From Squalus acanthias (taxonomy: Eukaryota), in assembly GCA_030390025.1 (NCBI GenBank), contig CM059428.1, positions 33,728,001-33,792,000 of the forward strand: a stretch of DNA of 64,000 nucleotides, in the 5' to 3' direction. The notes under the pieces were generated by a model. It did not search any database, was not told where the DNA came from, and saw only the letters and a list, made by a program, of their open reading frames with translations. The position numbers and the translations under genes were made by a program. Below, one piece after another: positions 52,308 through 64,000 of the stretch (its first letter is position 1; each line of letters starts with the position of its first letter).

Positions 52308-52732
52308 CACTGTCTACTTATGCCTCATTTAGAATACAGTGTCCAGTTTTGGTCCCCTGGCATGGTAGGCGAGAGGCCCTGGAAGAGGTTCAGAGGAGGG
52401 GCCACTAGATCGATACCTCGTTTAAAGGCCATTAGTTACCACAATAAGCTTACCGAGCTAGGGTTTTTTTATTCTAGAGACGTGTAGTTATTGAGACTTG
52501 ATTGAGGTCTTCAAAGTAATGAAAGGATTAGATTCAGTCCATGTGGAGAGAGTATAGGTTAGGGAGGACGAGGGAACACAAGTACAAGTTACATAAGCAT
52601 AGAACTAGGTTAGATGTCAGGAGGCACTTATCACAAGAGAATTGTCAGGCTATGGAACAAGTTGCTGGCTTGTGCAATTAAAAGAAATCTTTAAAATTAT
52701 CTAGTTGCATTTCAGATAATTTTAAATACATG

Positions 52733-53627
52733 GGGGGAGAAATTCAGTATCGCCCCATTTGGGGCGCAATTATCGGCCGGGCGCAAAGATTAGCGCCTGG
52801 CGCTAATTATCGCCACCGACTGCAAACTTGACTTTTATCGCCCCTGGAGGTGATTGGAGTGCTAAATCAGGCGCTTCATACCTGTCTTAAGGCGCAAAGG
52901 TCGAGGAGCGAGGCGCTACCTCAGAGCGCTGGCGAAGCTCATGTAATGTCAGTCAGCAATGGAACACACACACAATGGCACGGGCCAGTTCTTAAAGGGG
53001 ATGGTTAATCTTGCTTTCCATCCACATCCTGCTCATTGCAGCCTTGAATCTCTGCCTGGAGAGACCTGCACATCAAATCTGCTGGAAAGAACAATGGAGA
53101 GTACCAGGCAAAGCGCTCAGAGTGCAGCCCCCACAGTCTCTTCTAAATCGATACAAGGAATGGCAAATCAAAATGAACCTGCAAAGTGCTGCTCAGTACC
53201 CAAAACTCCTTCACACAGCGTTGAATCTCTCCAGAAGTTTCTCCCTCTCTCTCTCTCAGAATGCATAGTTCAAAAATGGCACCAACAATAAAAGGCAGGA
53301 AGCGGTCACCTTTAAATAGCGCTCCCCCTTTCCCTTCATGACTGCAGAACGCTCCCCTCAACATGTCGTTGCTTGCCTCAGGCGATAAGGCAGGGGGCGC
53401 CACTCAATATCCGCTCGGGGGCGATACCGGGGCGTTGCGCACTCGACTGACGTCACGATCTGCCGGCGCAGGAGATCGTGGCGGTAGTGTTTAGCGCCGC
53501 CGCAAAATATCTAGTTAATTTCGCGAGCGGCACAAACTTCGCCGCGCCTGGGCGCTAGATGCTTTGCGCCCCATTAGCGCCCTCTTAAGGCGCTAACGGG
53601 AGGCGCAACCAACTGAATTTTTCCCCC
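52733..53627. mobile_element. CpG-rich Harbinger/PIF-like MITE
   Basis: TIRs gggggagaaattcagt / actgaatttttccccc (15 of 16 match); flanks atg/aag; repeated GGCGC(TAA) subterminal motifs. Confidence 0.8.
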
Positions 53628-54659
53628 AAGATATTTAGATTGTTTTGTTGAATTTGTCCCACCTGCCAGATGAAAACCTTAAAGAAGAAATTTGTATTCC
53701 CCTAAACCCACACTGAATGTCAGGAATAGAATTCGCATGAAAGCTTTTATCTGATGATGGGATTCTTTTTTTTTTAAATTACTACTAAATGGTCATGTCT
53801 ACAATGAAAGGGTAAAAGAAAAAGGACTATCCTGCTTAACAGCTGCCCAAGACAGGTCTCATTAAAAAAAAAATTTGACTTTTAAAACTTTACTTGTGCT
53901 GAGAGCTAACCTCGGTGAAGTGCCTGGGCCCATACTGCACCAAGACTGAAAATGTAGAAGAGAATAAGGTAAATTGCACTGGAGAAGCCAGATTGTAGTG
54001 GAAAAGAAAGCTTGATTGAGGTATGGAGTTTCACAGTAAGTCCTGGGAAATAGGAGACAGTCTTTATTTCAACAAACCAGGTATACAAGGATGAGGAAGT
54101 GTGGGGTGCAGCATATTTTAGCTGATGAGGAACAAGAGGGGAAAAAATAATTCTGGTGTCACAACAGAGATGAGAAAAAGTATGACAGCAGAGACATTTT
54201 GGAAGCAAAAGAGGAATCACCTATTAACCGACAAGCCTTTTCTTGCATCCTACTTAGGGGTGAGAGACTGTGCTAGAAAAGCCTCCCTTGATAGTGGAAC
54301 CATATTCAAGTCTTGCACATACTTGAGCTTTATGCACAGTTAACAGAGGAAAAAACTGTTTGACATGAAAGAGAAAGTCTTCTTGAAGGACGTATGCGCA
54401 TTCCATTTGAGATCAGAGGATATAGGGAGCCAAGAAAATCAATAGATGGAGAACCAAGGGTGGAGAAATCACAAGAGGTGGTAGCTGTTGGCCAGTTGGA
54501 AACCATATGATAAACATCTAAACAAGTTACTGTGTTCCTACTGCACCTTTGAAAATGTCCAAGGTAATGAATGACAAACAAATCACTGTATTTTGAAGAA
54601 CAGAGTTCCAGAGGTGTGTAACACAGGCAATGCCTATACTGAAAAGTATACTATACACA

Positions 54660-56300
54660 CGTGGCCTCGCTACTCCAATTGTGTCAATCACAGATAAGGC
54701 CATCTCTGATCACTTCCTTGTATCGCTCACCACCCACATCTCACTCTCCACCCATATCTCCCTTCCCAACCCAACTTCCTTCTTTGTCCGCCCCTGGAAA
54801 AACTCTTCCAATTCACTTACAACTTCCCTTCCTGGCTCCCATGTTAGCAGATATGGTTAGCGGTTCTCTCTCCTCAGGTACTGTCCCCCTCTCCTTCAAA
54901 TATGCCATCATCACCCCTCTCAAAATAAAACCCTTAACCCCTCCGTCCTTGCAAACTACCACCCTGTCTCCAATCTCCCTTTCCTCTCCAAAGTCCTTGA
55001 ACATGTTGTCGCCTCCCAAATCAGTGTCCATCTTTCCCAGAACTCCATGTTTGAATCCCTCCAATCAGGTTTACGCCCCTGCCATGGTACCGGCTCTCAT
55101 CAAAGTCACAAATGACATACTATGTGGCTGTGACAAAGTTAAACTATCCCTCCTCGTCCTTCTACTTGTCCGCAGCCTTTGACACGGTTGACCACACCAT
55201 CTTCCTCCAACGCCTCTCCACCGTCGTCCAGCTGGGTGGGTCTGCACTCGCCTGGTTCCATTTTTGTCTATCTAATCGTAGCCAGAGAATCACCTCCAAA
55301 GGCTTCTCTTCCCGCTCCCACACTGTTAGCTCTGGTGTCCAAAGATCTATCCTTGGCCCCCTCCTATTTCTCACCTACATACTGCCCCTCGGCAACATCA
55401 TCCGAAAACAGTGTCAGTTTCCGCATGTACGCTGATGACACCCAGCTCTACTTCACCACAACCTCTCTCGACCCCTCCACCATTGCCTTCGGTCCCCGCC
55501 ACAAACTCCATTCCCTAGCCACCAAATCCATCCCTCTCCCCGGCAACTGTCTGAGGCTGAACCAGACTGCTCGCAACCTTGGTGTCACATTTTGACGCCC
55601 CCCCATCCCCCGAAATGAGTTTCCAAGCACATATCCGCGCCATCACTGAGAACGCCTATTTCAACCTCTGGAACATCGCCAGACTCCAACCCTGCCTTAG
55701 CTCATCTGCTGCCAAAACCCTCATCCTGCCTTTGTTACCTCTAGACTTGACTATTCCAACACACACCTGACCAGCCTCCCACGTTCTACCCTCTGTAAAC
55801 TTGAGGTCATCCTAAACTCGGCTGCCCATGTCCTAACTCGCACCAAGTCCCATTCACCCATCATCCCCCGTGCTTGCTGACCTACATTGGCACCTGGTTA
55901 AGCAATGCCTCGATTTTAAAATTCTCATCCTTGTTTTCAAATCCCTCCATGCCCTCGCTCCTCCCCATCTCCAATCTCCTCCAGCCCCACAACTCTCCGA
56001 GATATCTGTGCTCCTCTTATTCTGGCCTCTTGAGCATCCCAGATTTCACTCACTTCACCATTGGTGGCCGTGCCTTCAGCTGCCAAGGCCCCAAGCTCTG
56101 GAATTCCCTACCTAAACCTCTCTGCTTCTCTACCTCTTTTCTCCATTAAGACGCCCCTTAATACTTACCTCTTTGACCAAGCTCTGACTAAGATTTCCTT
56201 ATGTGGCTCGGTGTCCAATTTTGTTTTATAACGCTCATGTGAAGCACTGTGGGACATTTTACTACGTTAAAGGTGCTACATAAATACAAGTTGTTGTTGT
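54660..56300 (+). mobile_element. L2 LINE with internal deletions
   Basis: LSAAFDTVDH and YADDTQLY peptides; L2 tail. Confidence 0.92.
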
Positions 56301-56839
56301 AGTATCAAATAGCACACTGGATCAGACCAGTACTTTCAAGATAATTTATAAATGTGATCTTTCAGTGTTGCCAGTAGTTTATGCAACTTTAGAAAGTAAG
56401 GGTAAGCTGGATCACCTTTCTTAGGAATGGGTTGAACACTAACAAATTTCCAAGGAGATGTAAAGGTCGGCCAGGAGTAAGAGACTGCAGAGGCAGTATA
56501 AATAAAGGTGAAATTAGAGATACACGTCTTTGAGAATTCTAGGATAAATAAGACCTCTGGTTTTGACTGTGAGCCCAAAGAGCAGAAAATTCAACAAAGA
56601 TGGTGGGGTTAAACTTGATGACTGTCATAGCAATAGAACAGAATGGAATATAGGGGGGAATCTTTAACCAAAATTATGATTAGAGTTGAAGATGAAAAGT
56701 GAGCTAAGGTCGGTTTTCTCTTTAGGAGAGCTAGCAACTATACAAAGAAAAAATGAAAAAAGCTGGAAAGAGAATTAACAGAAGTTTCAATTTAACATCA
56801 ATTCTCCATGTGGTACATTAAATCTAGGTCACATCTCAC

Positions 56840-57078
56840 CTGAAGGTCCAGAATAGAGGGGACGTCAAGGATCCCATAGTACTATTCAAAGAAAATCAAG
56901 GTGTTCTCAGTATCCTGGCCAACATTCCTACTTCAACTAATTATCACAAAAAAAAAATCACCAGACATTCAAGTCATTGCTGTTTGTGAAGTTTCTGGTT
57001 CAGGATCGCTGCCACATTTGCTTGAATAGCAACCATAACATTTCAAAAGTAATTCTTTGTATGAAGCACTTTGAATAC
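56840..57078 (+). mobile_element. Degraded DeuSINE
   Basis: ggacgtcaaggatcccatagtactattcaaagaa...tcctggccaacatt resembles the Deu domain. Confidence 0.6.
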
Positions 57079-57269
57079 TGTATAAATGAAACAAGTGTCA
57101 AGAGAATGAAGGATATGAAAACAGTAGCTGACACTTTAATTGAATTTATCACCTCTAATAGTAGACCGAGAGGTTATGAGCAGAGATAAAGTTGAGATAC
57201 TTCAGACTGATCAGGATACCAGGAATACAGTACAGTATATACAGAATTTTTATAGGACAACAGAAACAA

Positions 57270-57702
57270 GTTGCAACTCCAAATCCGCCCTCAATCTCCC
57301 AGTGAGTTATGAAGTTGCTGCATTTGCACATTAATTGTTGATGAAACACGCCGCAGAAAGTCAGGGCTGGCAATTAACAGTGTAAGTTAGGAGATTTATG
57401 TTCCTGCAATGCCAATTAACCTCTCCAGCCCAGAAAGGGAACAATTCAAACTGTGGAGTCTCATTCCTACAGGTAGTAAATTTTAAATGTTTAATTTTCT
57501 TACTTTTCCTTGGTCTCCTCTTCTTTCTTTCCCTCTTTCTATAGCTGATTTGACTCCAATTCACCCTCCTGCTCAGTCATTCCTGTTTCTTTCTCAATTT
57601 CTTAAATTTCATTGGTTAAGGAGACAAACTGTTGGTCCTGTCGTTCACTAAGTTGCCCCGTTACACACTCTACGCCTTTATCAGCTCAGGAAAATCTGGG
57701 CC
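57270..57702. mobile_element. Partial MITE with a Harbinger-like right end
   Basis: Ends ggaaaatctgggcc|aat like the other TIR elements; left TIR not identified. Confidence 0.4.
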
Positions 57703-58101
57703 AATATTTAGATAGAATTATTCTAACTTAGCATATAAACTGAAGCAGGGACTCGAGACTTACATTTTCATGCCATCTAAGGCATGACATTGCCAAAGCA
57801 CAGTAAAATAATTCCCAGTAAAAGCATTCCAGGCAACTGCTTTACAGGCAGATCAAGAGAAACCCTCCATGGCTAAAGTAGATGCTAACTTTTCCTTGTA
57901 GTTTCTGACCAGCCAGGAAGTAGCACAAAAAAATACATCCTACTCCACAACATCCTAACCTAAGTGATGGCTTGCTTTAATTATGGTTTTGTTTCAAACT
58001 TCCAAAAGACAGCATTAGATACCCAAAGGAAAACAATACTTATTAGTATACAGCAACATAAATAGAATGCTAGTAAGTCAACAAATAAGAGAAACAAAGT
58101 A

Positions 58102-58482
58102 GTAACTTGCATTTATAGAATGCCTTTAATTACCTCAGGGCATCCCAAAGCACTTCACAGCCAATGATGTAATTTTGAAGCGTAGTCACTGCAGTTAGGT
58201 AGGGAAAACCGGCAGCCAATATGTGCACAGCAAGGTCCCACAAATCGCAATGAGATAAATGAGCAGCTAATGTTTTTGTGATGTTGGTTGAAGGATAAAT
58301 ATTAGCCAGGACACACACTTGTTTGAATAGCGCCATGGGATCTTTTAAGTCCACCTGAGAGCAGTCATGGCCTTAACATCTCATCTGAATGAAGTGTCAG
58401 TCCGGGTTATGTGCTCAAGTTCTGGAATGGGGCTTGAATGCACCACCTTCCAACTCAGATGAGAATGCTACCACTGACACCT
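58102..58482 (-). mobile_element. DeuSINE (SacSINE1-like) with tRNA-derived head
   Basis: Minus strand has A-box-like tcagtggtagc, B-box-like ttcaagccc, the Deu core (aaaagatcccatggcgctatt) and an L2-like tail. Confidence 0.8.
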
Positions 58483-58679
58483 AAACATAGAGATCTCATG
58501 ATATTGATGAATGTTCATATACATGTTCTGAGGAACAGTATATTACAAGTTTGGTTAGAAACCAAAAACTTTCATTCAAGTGAATACCAACTGAAAAGCT
58601 TGTATACACTGGTGCACATGTCTTTTTTTTTTAAATCAATTAGGTCAGCAAGTTGAACAAGTTTAGCTTTTATCAACAC

Positions 58680-59043
58680 CAGTGTTGTGCAGTATGTTAG
58701 CCACTTGCCACCTGTGGCTAATTGGGAATTTAGAAGTGACTAATTGCATGTCTGATTAATAAATTAAAAAATTAGTAATAGACACCATCATTGGGAACAT
58801 GATCTCAATACTCATTCGCACAACATATGCACATGTGCTTTAACCTTCTTGTGCGTTGGCTGGTAAAATGGCAAAGTGTGTGAATATTTTTTGATTGTTG
58901 CAAGTGCTTACTTGCTTGGTTACTGAATGGTGGTAGATGTTAAGTCAAATGTTTTCTGGGAGTGTATTAAAGTAGTTTTCTACTAAAATTAGTGCATGTG
59001 GCTAAACTTGTGGCTAGTCAGCAATTTGTATTGGATAACAATA
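58680..59043 (+). mobile_element. Shorter, older copy of the 43131-43897 hAT/Charlie element
   Basis: Shares actgaatggtggtagatg, aaaattagtgc and tggctagtcag blocks plus degenerate TIRs; no TSD visible. Confidence 0.7.
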
Positions 59044-59555
59044 AACCGCAGTTAAAAACATGCTACGTGTATTGAGTGACGTCAGCCAAGGGGTACAAAT
59101 ACAATGGGCCGGAATTTGTGGTGGGTATATTGTTTTAATTAATCTGCATTGCTATCGTTAACAGGCAAAATGTGTACAGTACTTCAAGCCAATTTTCTAA
59201 CTTTGAAGTATCCTCTCAGCCAATGAATTATCCTCGCAGCTACAGATTGTCAGGCTAGGTGAAGAATGAAGCAGGGAATAAAGTTACAAAAATTGGGGGG
59301 TGGGGGGGGAGGGAGGAAGGAGGAGGAAATGAGGGCTTGCCCAAAATATCCCCATTGAAAAAAAATAGAAATACAGGGTCAAATTTTGTTAAAGTATAAT
59401 TTTCTCTTATTTCTCTTCTCGGTTCCCCAAGACAACACACCCCAACATAACTAAAAGGGCAGGTGAATGCCTACACCCTTCCTACTCTAAATCTGCCACC
59501 ACCATGTGCACAAGGAGGCACAGGGATAACCGGTCAATTTTTCCTCCCATTTGAG

Positions 59556-60677
59556 CAGGGGTGTCAAACATACACCCGCGGTGTCCTGTGCTTAGTGTCC
59601 ACGTGTCCCGAATCTCCCCAGCGTTGCTTCTCACAGCTCGGGAAAACTATGTCTTTTAAATTTTTCACCGCAGCAGCCCCACCTGCAGGCAGAGAGGGCT
59701 GGCACTCACTTAGGAATGACCGGAAGGTGAAGGAGAGAGAAGGATCATGGAGAGGTGCGGGGCTGGGGGCTCAGGAAAGAAAAGGAGTAGGATACTGGGT
59801 TGGGAGATGGATCAAGGGGGTTAGAGACTGGGAACTGGAAGGTCGAGGGAGTCTAGAGAAATGCAGGTCAGGGTTGTGGGCTCAAGGGAAGCGAGGCAGA
59901 CTGTGGGAATGGGGGTCAGGGGGTTGGGAGATTGGGTATCGGACAGCGGAGAGAGGGAGACTAGGGACTAGTCCACCCCCCACTCCCGAAAGGAATGAGG
60001 TGGGATGGCACAGGATGGGCGTGGGGCCTAGCACCTCCTGCAAAGTCAGGAGTAGCAGCAGCAATATGATGCATGGGAGCAGCCAGTAAAGGGGTGAGTG
60101 AAACTTGGGGATCTTATTGTGGGTAAACAATGAAAGATTGTTTGCACTGCAGGGAACAAGGGGACAGAGATTGAGACTGAGACTTCTCACTGCGCTCAAG
60201 GAGCATCAGAAGTTCCACTGCATGGAGGAGATGTAGAAGGTCCAAATATTGCTGGCAGCAGCCCATAGTAGCACGGTGGAGCGGAGAGGAGCACTCCTGT
60301 TGCTCCACATTCCACAGAACGGGAAAGCATGCTCCACCTAGTTTTTCCACGCACTTCACAGAAGGGTCCTAAAACAGGTGCAGGACCCATCCCTGCATTT
60401 TTTTAATTGATCCAACGTTGATTTCAGGCAGCTTCCAGGATGCCTAAAAACATTGAGGACCAATATGGTGGCAGCCATGCTGCCAGCACAGATTAGGTAC
60501 AAAATCCCGCAACCAGAAATTGGTATACATTGAAACCATTTTACACCCAAAAGACTGACAAAACGCATACCAATTTCTAACCCAGTTGTGTTCAAATAAA
60601 TTTTGCTGAATGTAGCCCATGCCAAGTGCCAGGATGTCAAATCAGGCCCACCATGTAAATTGAGTTTGACACCCCTG
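59556..60677. mobile_element. hAT non-autonomous element
   Basis: Perfect 14-bp TIR caggggtgtcaaac / gtttgacacccctg; 8-bp flanks catttgag/ctacagag only partly match. Confidence 0.8.
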
Positions 60678-62385
60678 CTACAGAGGAATGCCTCCACTCA
60701 GCTCCTCCTCATTAGTTGTGGTTCAAGTATGAGGTATCTGCAAATGTTAATCCATGCGCCACCATTTCACATCACTGCACACTGATCTTGATTTTTTTAA
60801 TACCGTATAAAGCTTGCAGCAATTAATTTAACAACCAGCTATTCATGAAACAGTTAAACTGAATACGGATATTAAACCATTACATGGAAATTGATACCAA
60901 TAAATGCTCAGTGTTTTCACAGTTCCGGTATTTGAGTTCATATATGTGCCAACTAACACCCTGCTTTTTAAACATAAATTATCAGGTTTGTCAGCATTTA
61001 TTGTTGTAACAATGTGACCAATCGTCTGTAGTACAGGATATAAACAGCAATCAAGTTATGATACTGCAACATGCCAAGGTTGAATCAATGACAAGTAAAT
61101 TAAATAATCCTTTCCAAATGTAGGATGCACAGTACATTGGCACTCCGATATATTGCATCAGAGTACATGGATTTTCATCCATAATTTCCCAAATGACAAG
61201 CTCACAATCCCATCTGTGCAATGAGAGACAGCTGCTGAGTTGAAGCACCAAATAAAGACTTAGGCATTTCCCCAGTGGGAATGAAAAATGGAGCACACCT
61301 CCTAGCAGCTGGCTTTAGAACAGTATTGGCAGAGTCTTGGGAACAGTCACCTGCCTGTCCAGTCAGGGCATGGTGTAATGGACAAGAAACAAAATAAACA
61401 TTTTCATTGAATTAGTGGAGCATTTGGTTTTCAGTTCTACAATAGCCAATAGCCATTAGCTATTATGGAAATTATTGAACAGCTCATTAGGTACATAGTG
61501 AAAAGCAAAAGAAGCAATAGTTTTAGTTCATCTGGCTGATGAAGATGCCAAATGGTTCTGAATCAACTACTTGCTCTTCTAGTACACTCCTCAAATGGTC
61601 TACTCCACATGCATTACTGTACATGGTTCCTTGCTAAAACTTCTTGCAAATATTTTCTGCTCTTAACTATTTAGTATCAATGGGTTATGCAGCACACATT
61701 TACTGGAAATCTTTAAGACAATAACTAAGTTAGCAGAAGACGGCTATCCAGTTGGCAATTTACTAGGATTTTCTACGGCATTGGTTCACGGAATTAATAG
61801 CAGGTCAGGTAACCAGATTAAAAATCTGCTTAGAAATAGGAAACAGAAGATGATGTTAAAGGGGCATCACTTGCTGAATATTCCTGCTATTCACACTGTT
61901 CTTAAACAATATGGAGGCGAGTACTTACAATATCTGTGAATGACAAACCTGTTTAGTCAGGTGTTTAAGAAATGTCTATGACATTCAAAGGATCTGGACC
62001 ACTTAAGCAGCTAGCTTAAGGAATAATTGATTTATCCAACAGATAAATGTAACATGTATTTCACATGTGCTGTTCCAATGAAGAAATGTCCATTTGCAAA
62101 CATGGTAATTTGCCATTCACTGAAACTTTCCAGTCAATGTCAAGCTGTTATCAACAAAACTAATCAACTATAAAAAGGTATCTCAAGGGCACTTGATGAT
62201 CAAGTTCAAACAAGTTGCTATTCTAATTTAATATACATCACCAATGAGGCCAAATCAAGAACATTGCTTTGGGCATCCTTCCTTCAAATAAACCAACTTG
62301 TTGGACAGAGTCTAGAGAAAAGTAACAATGATTCTGGAACTTGGCTCTGAATTACAAAAAGCAACTCAGAACAAAACCTTATTGG

Positions 62386-62762
62386 AGAAAAGAAAAGACT
62401 TATATTTATATAGCGCCTTTCACGACCAACGGACGTCTCAAAGCGCTTTACAGCCAATAAAGTGCTTTTGAAGTGTAGTCGCTGTTGTAATGTGGGAAAT
62501 GCGGCAGCCAATTTGCGCACAGCAAGCTCCCGCAAATAGCAATGTGATAATGACCAGATAATCTGTTTTTGTTATATGGATTGAGGGATAAATATTGGCC
62601 AGGACACCGGGGATAACTCCCCTGCTCTTCTTCGAAATAGTGCCATGGGATCTTTTACATCCACCGGAGAGTAGACTGGGCCTCGGTTTAACGTCTTGTC
62701 CGAAAGACGGCACCTCCGACAGTGCAGCATTCCCTCAGCACTGCACTGGAGTGTCAGCCTAG
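62386..62762 (-). mobile_element. DeuSINE (SacSINE1-like), head missing
   Basis: Well preserved Deu domain (ggatgtaaaagatcccatggcactatttcgaagaagagcagggg...gtcctggccaatatttatccctcaa) and L2-like 3' tail. Confidence 0.88.
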
Positions 62763-63417
62763 CTTGTGCAAAGATAAAGAGTGTATGATCATGAAATGTA
62801 CTGATAACATGCATTTGATCAAGCTATTTATTTGATCAAGCTATTTAACTTGGACTAACTAAAACACTGAAGAACAGAAGTACAAAATTAACCACCCTAA
62901 AATGAGACTCCAGATTAAGATGGTTTCCCCTCTCAGAGTAGCAGATATATGGGCCAAACTAGAATCTGAAGATTGTGTTAACCCCTGTGAAAACTACATT
63001 TTATAAATATCTGATCAGCAATGGAATTAAAGAATACATTAAGGATAAATACAGAAAGAGATGATCAGGTACTCCATTGAGCATGGCAAGTGGTGATGAA
63101 TAGGTATTCTTAAGTTTTGTTATATTGCCTTTGGGGGTAAGGGAAACATTATGCAGAATTTCTTTTCAGGACATTTAAATTGGTGGGGTAGAGTCCACAA
63201 TGGTCACAGTCTAAAGATGGGAGCGGTTTGAACACCCAAATTGCCATTTCTTGATTTGTTTTCGGATTTGCTTATTTCAGGAAAGTGTTAAACACAACTT
63301 GGTTGCCCATAGGAGTTATTCACTTAGTCAAGGTAAGTGGCCACTTATTAATCCATGCCATGAGAAGTAGCAAAGATACTGAATTATCTACTTGGATTAG
63401 AAGCAGAATCAAAAATC

Positions 63418-64000
63418 CATAGAATCATAGAAAGTTACAGCACGGAAGGAGGCCACTTCGGCCCATCGCGTCCGAGCCGGCCAACAAAGAGCTATCCAGC
63501 CTAATCCCACTTCCCAGCTCTTGGTCTGTAGCCCTGCAGGTTAGAGCATCCCAAGTGCACATCCAAGTACTTTTTAAATGTGGTTAGGGTTCCTGCCTCT
63601 ACCACCCTTTCAGGCAGTGAGTTCCAGACCCCCACAACCCTCTGGGTGAAGAAATTTCCCCTCAAATCCCCTCTAAACCTTCCACCAATTACTTTAAATC
63701 TGTGCCCCCTGGTTTTTGACCCCTCTGCGAAGGGAAATAGGTCCTTTCTATCCACTTTATCTATGCCCCTCATAATTTTATACACCTCAATAAGGTCTCC
63801 CCTCAGCCTCCTCTGTTGCAAGGAAAACAGACCCAGCCTTTCCTCATAGCTAAGATTCTCTACTCCCAGCAACATCCTTGTAAATCTCCTCTGCACCCTC
63901 TCTAGTGCAATCACATCTTTCCTGTAATGTGGTGACCAGAACTGCACGCAGTACTCTAGCTGAGGCCTAACTAGTGTTTTATACAGTTGAAGCATAACCC
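63418..64000 (-). mobile_element. CR1 LINE 3' end, running off the window
   Basis: ORF 63501-63995; near-identical to 38633-39212. Confidence 0.93.

Noticed and set aside
58400-58482. tRNA gene
   Set aside because: Degenerate tRNA-derived SINE head; no cloverleaf.
59463-60089. 208-aa ORF
   Set aside because: G/W/R-rich by-product of G-rich sequence; crosses a transposon boundary.
62814-62847. 17-bp tandem duplication (similar 20-bp one near 22320)
   Set aside because: Common slippage products with no further structure.

Overview
Vertebrate nuclear DNA, almost certainly from a cartilaginous fish (shark-type CR1, L2, Penelope and DeuSINE repeats; species cannot be fixed from sequence alone). 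The only host coding sequence I can support is two minus-strand exons of OSBPL10 encoding most of its PH domain (26329-26504, 176 nt; 16477-16556, 80 nt). The rest of the window appears intronic, and the adjacent coding exons were not found. Nearly all long ORFs in the track are fragments of non-LTR retrotransposons. The most notable non-coding structures are: (i) a family of 0.7-0.9 kb TIR-bounded, CpG-rich, multi-hairpin elements with 3-bp flanks (Harbinger/PIF-like MITEs, at least five copies); (ii) a minimal hammerhead ribozyme in a Penelope pseudo-LTR, sense to the OSBPL10 pre-mRNA; (iii) a three-level nest of retroelements at 33.3-42.1 kb containing a bipartite RTE derivative and a solo LTR; (iv) several hAT/Charlie elements with TIRs, TSDs and transposase relics; (v) an old 190-bp palindrome; (vi) inverted CR1 pairs bracketing the two exons, which could favour circRNA formation. 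I found no evidence for a new protein-coding system. Boundaries of old repeats are approximate, read by eye.
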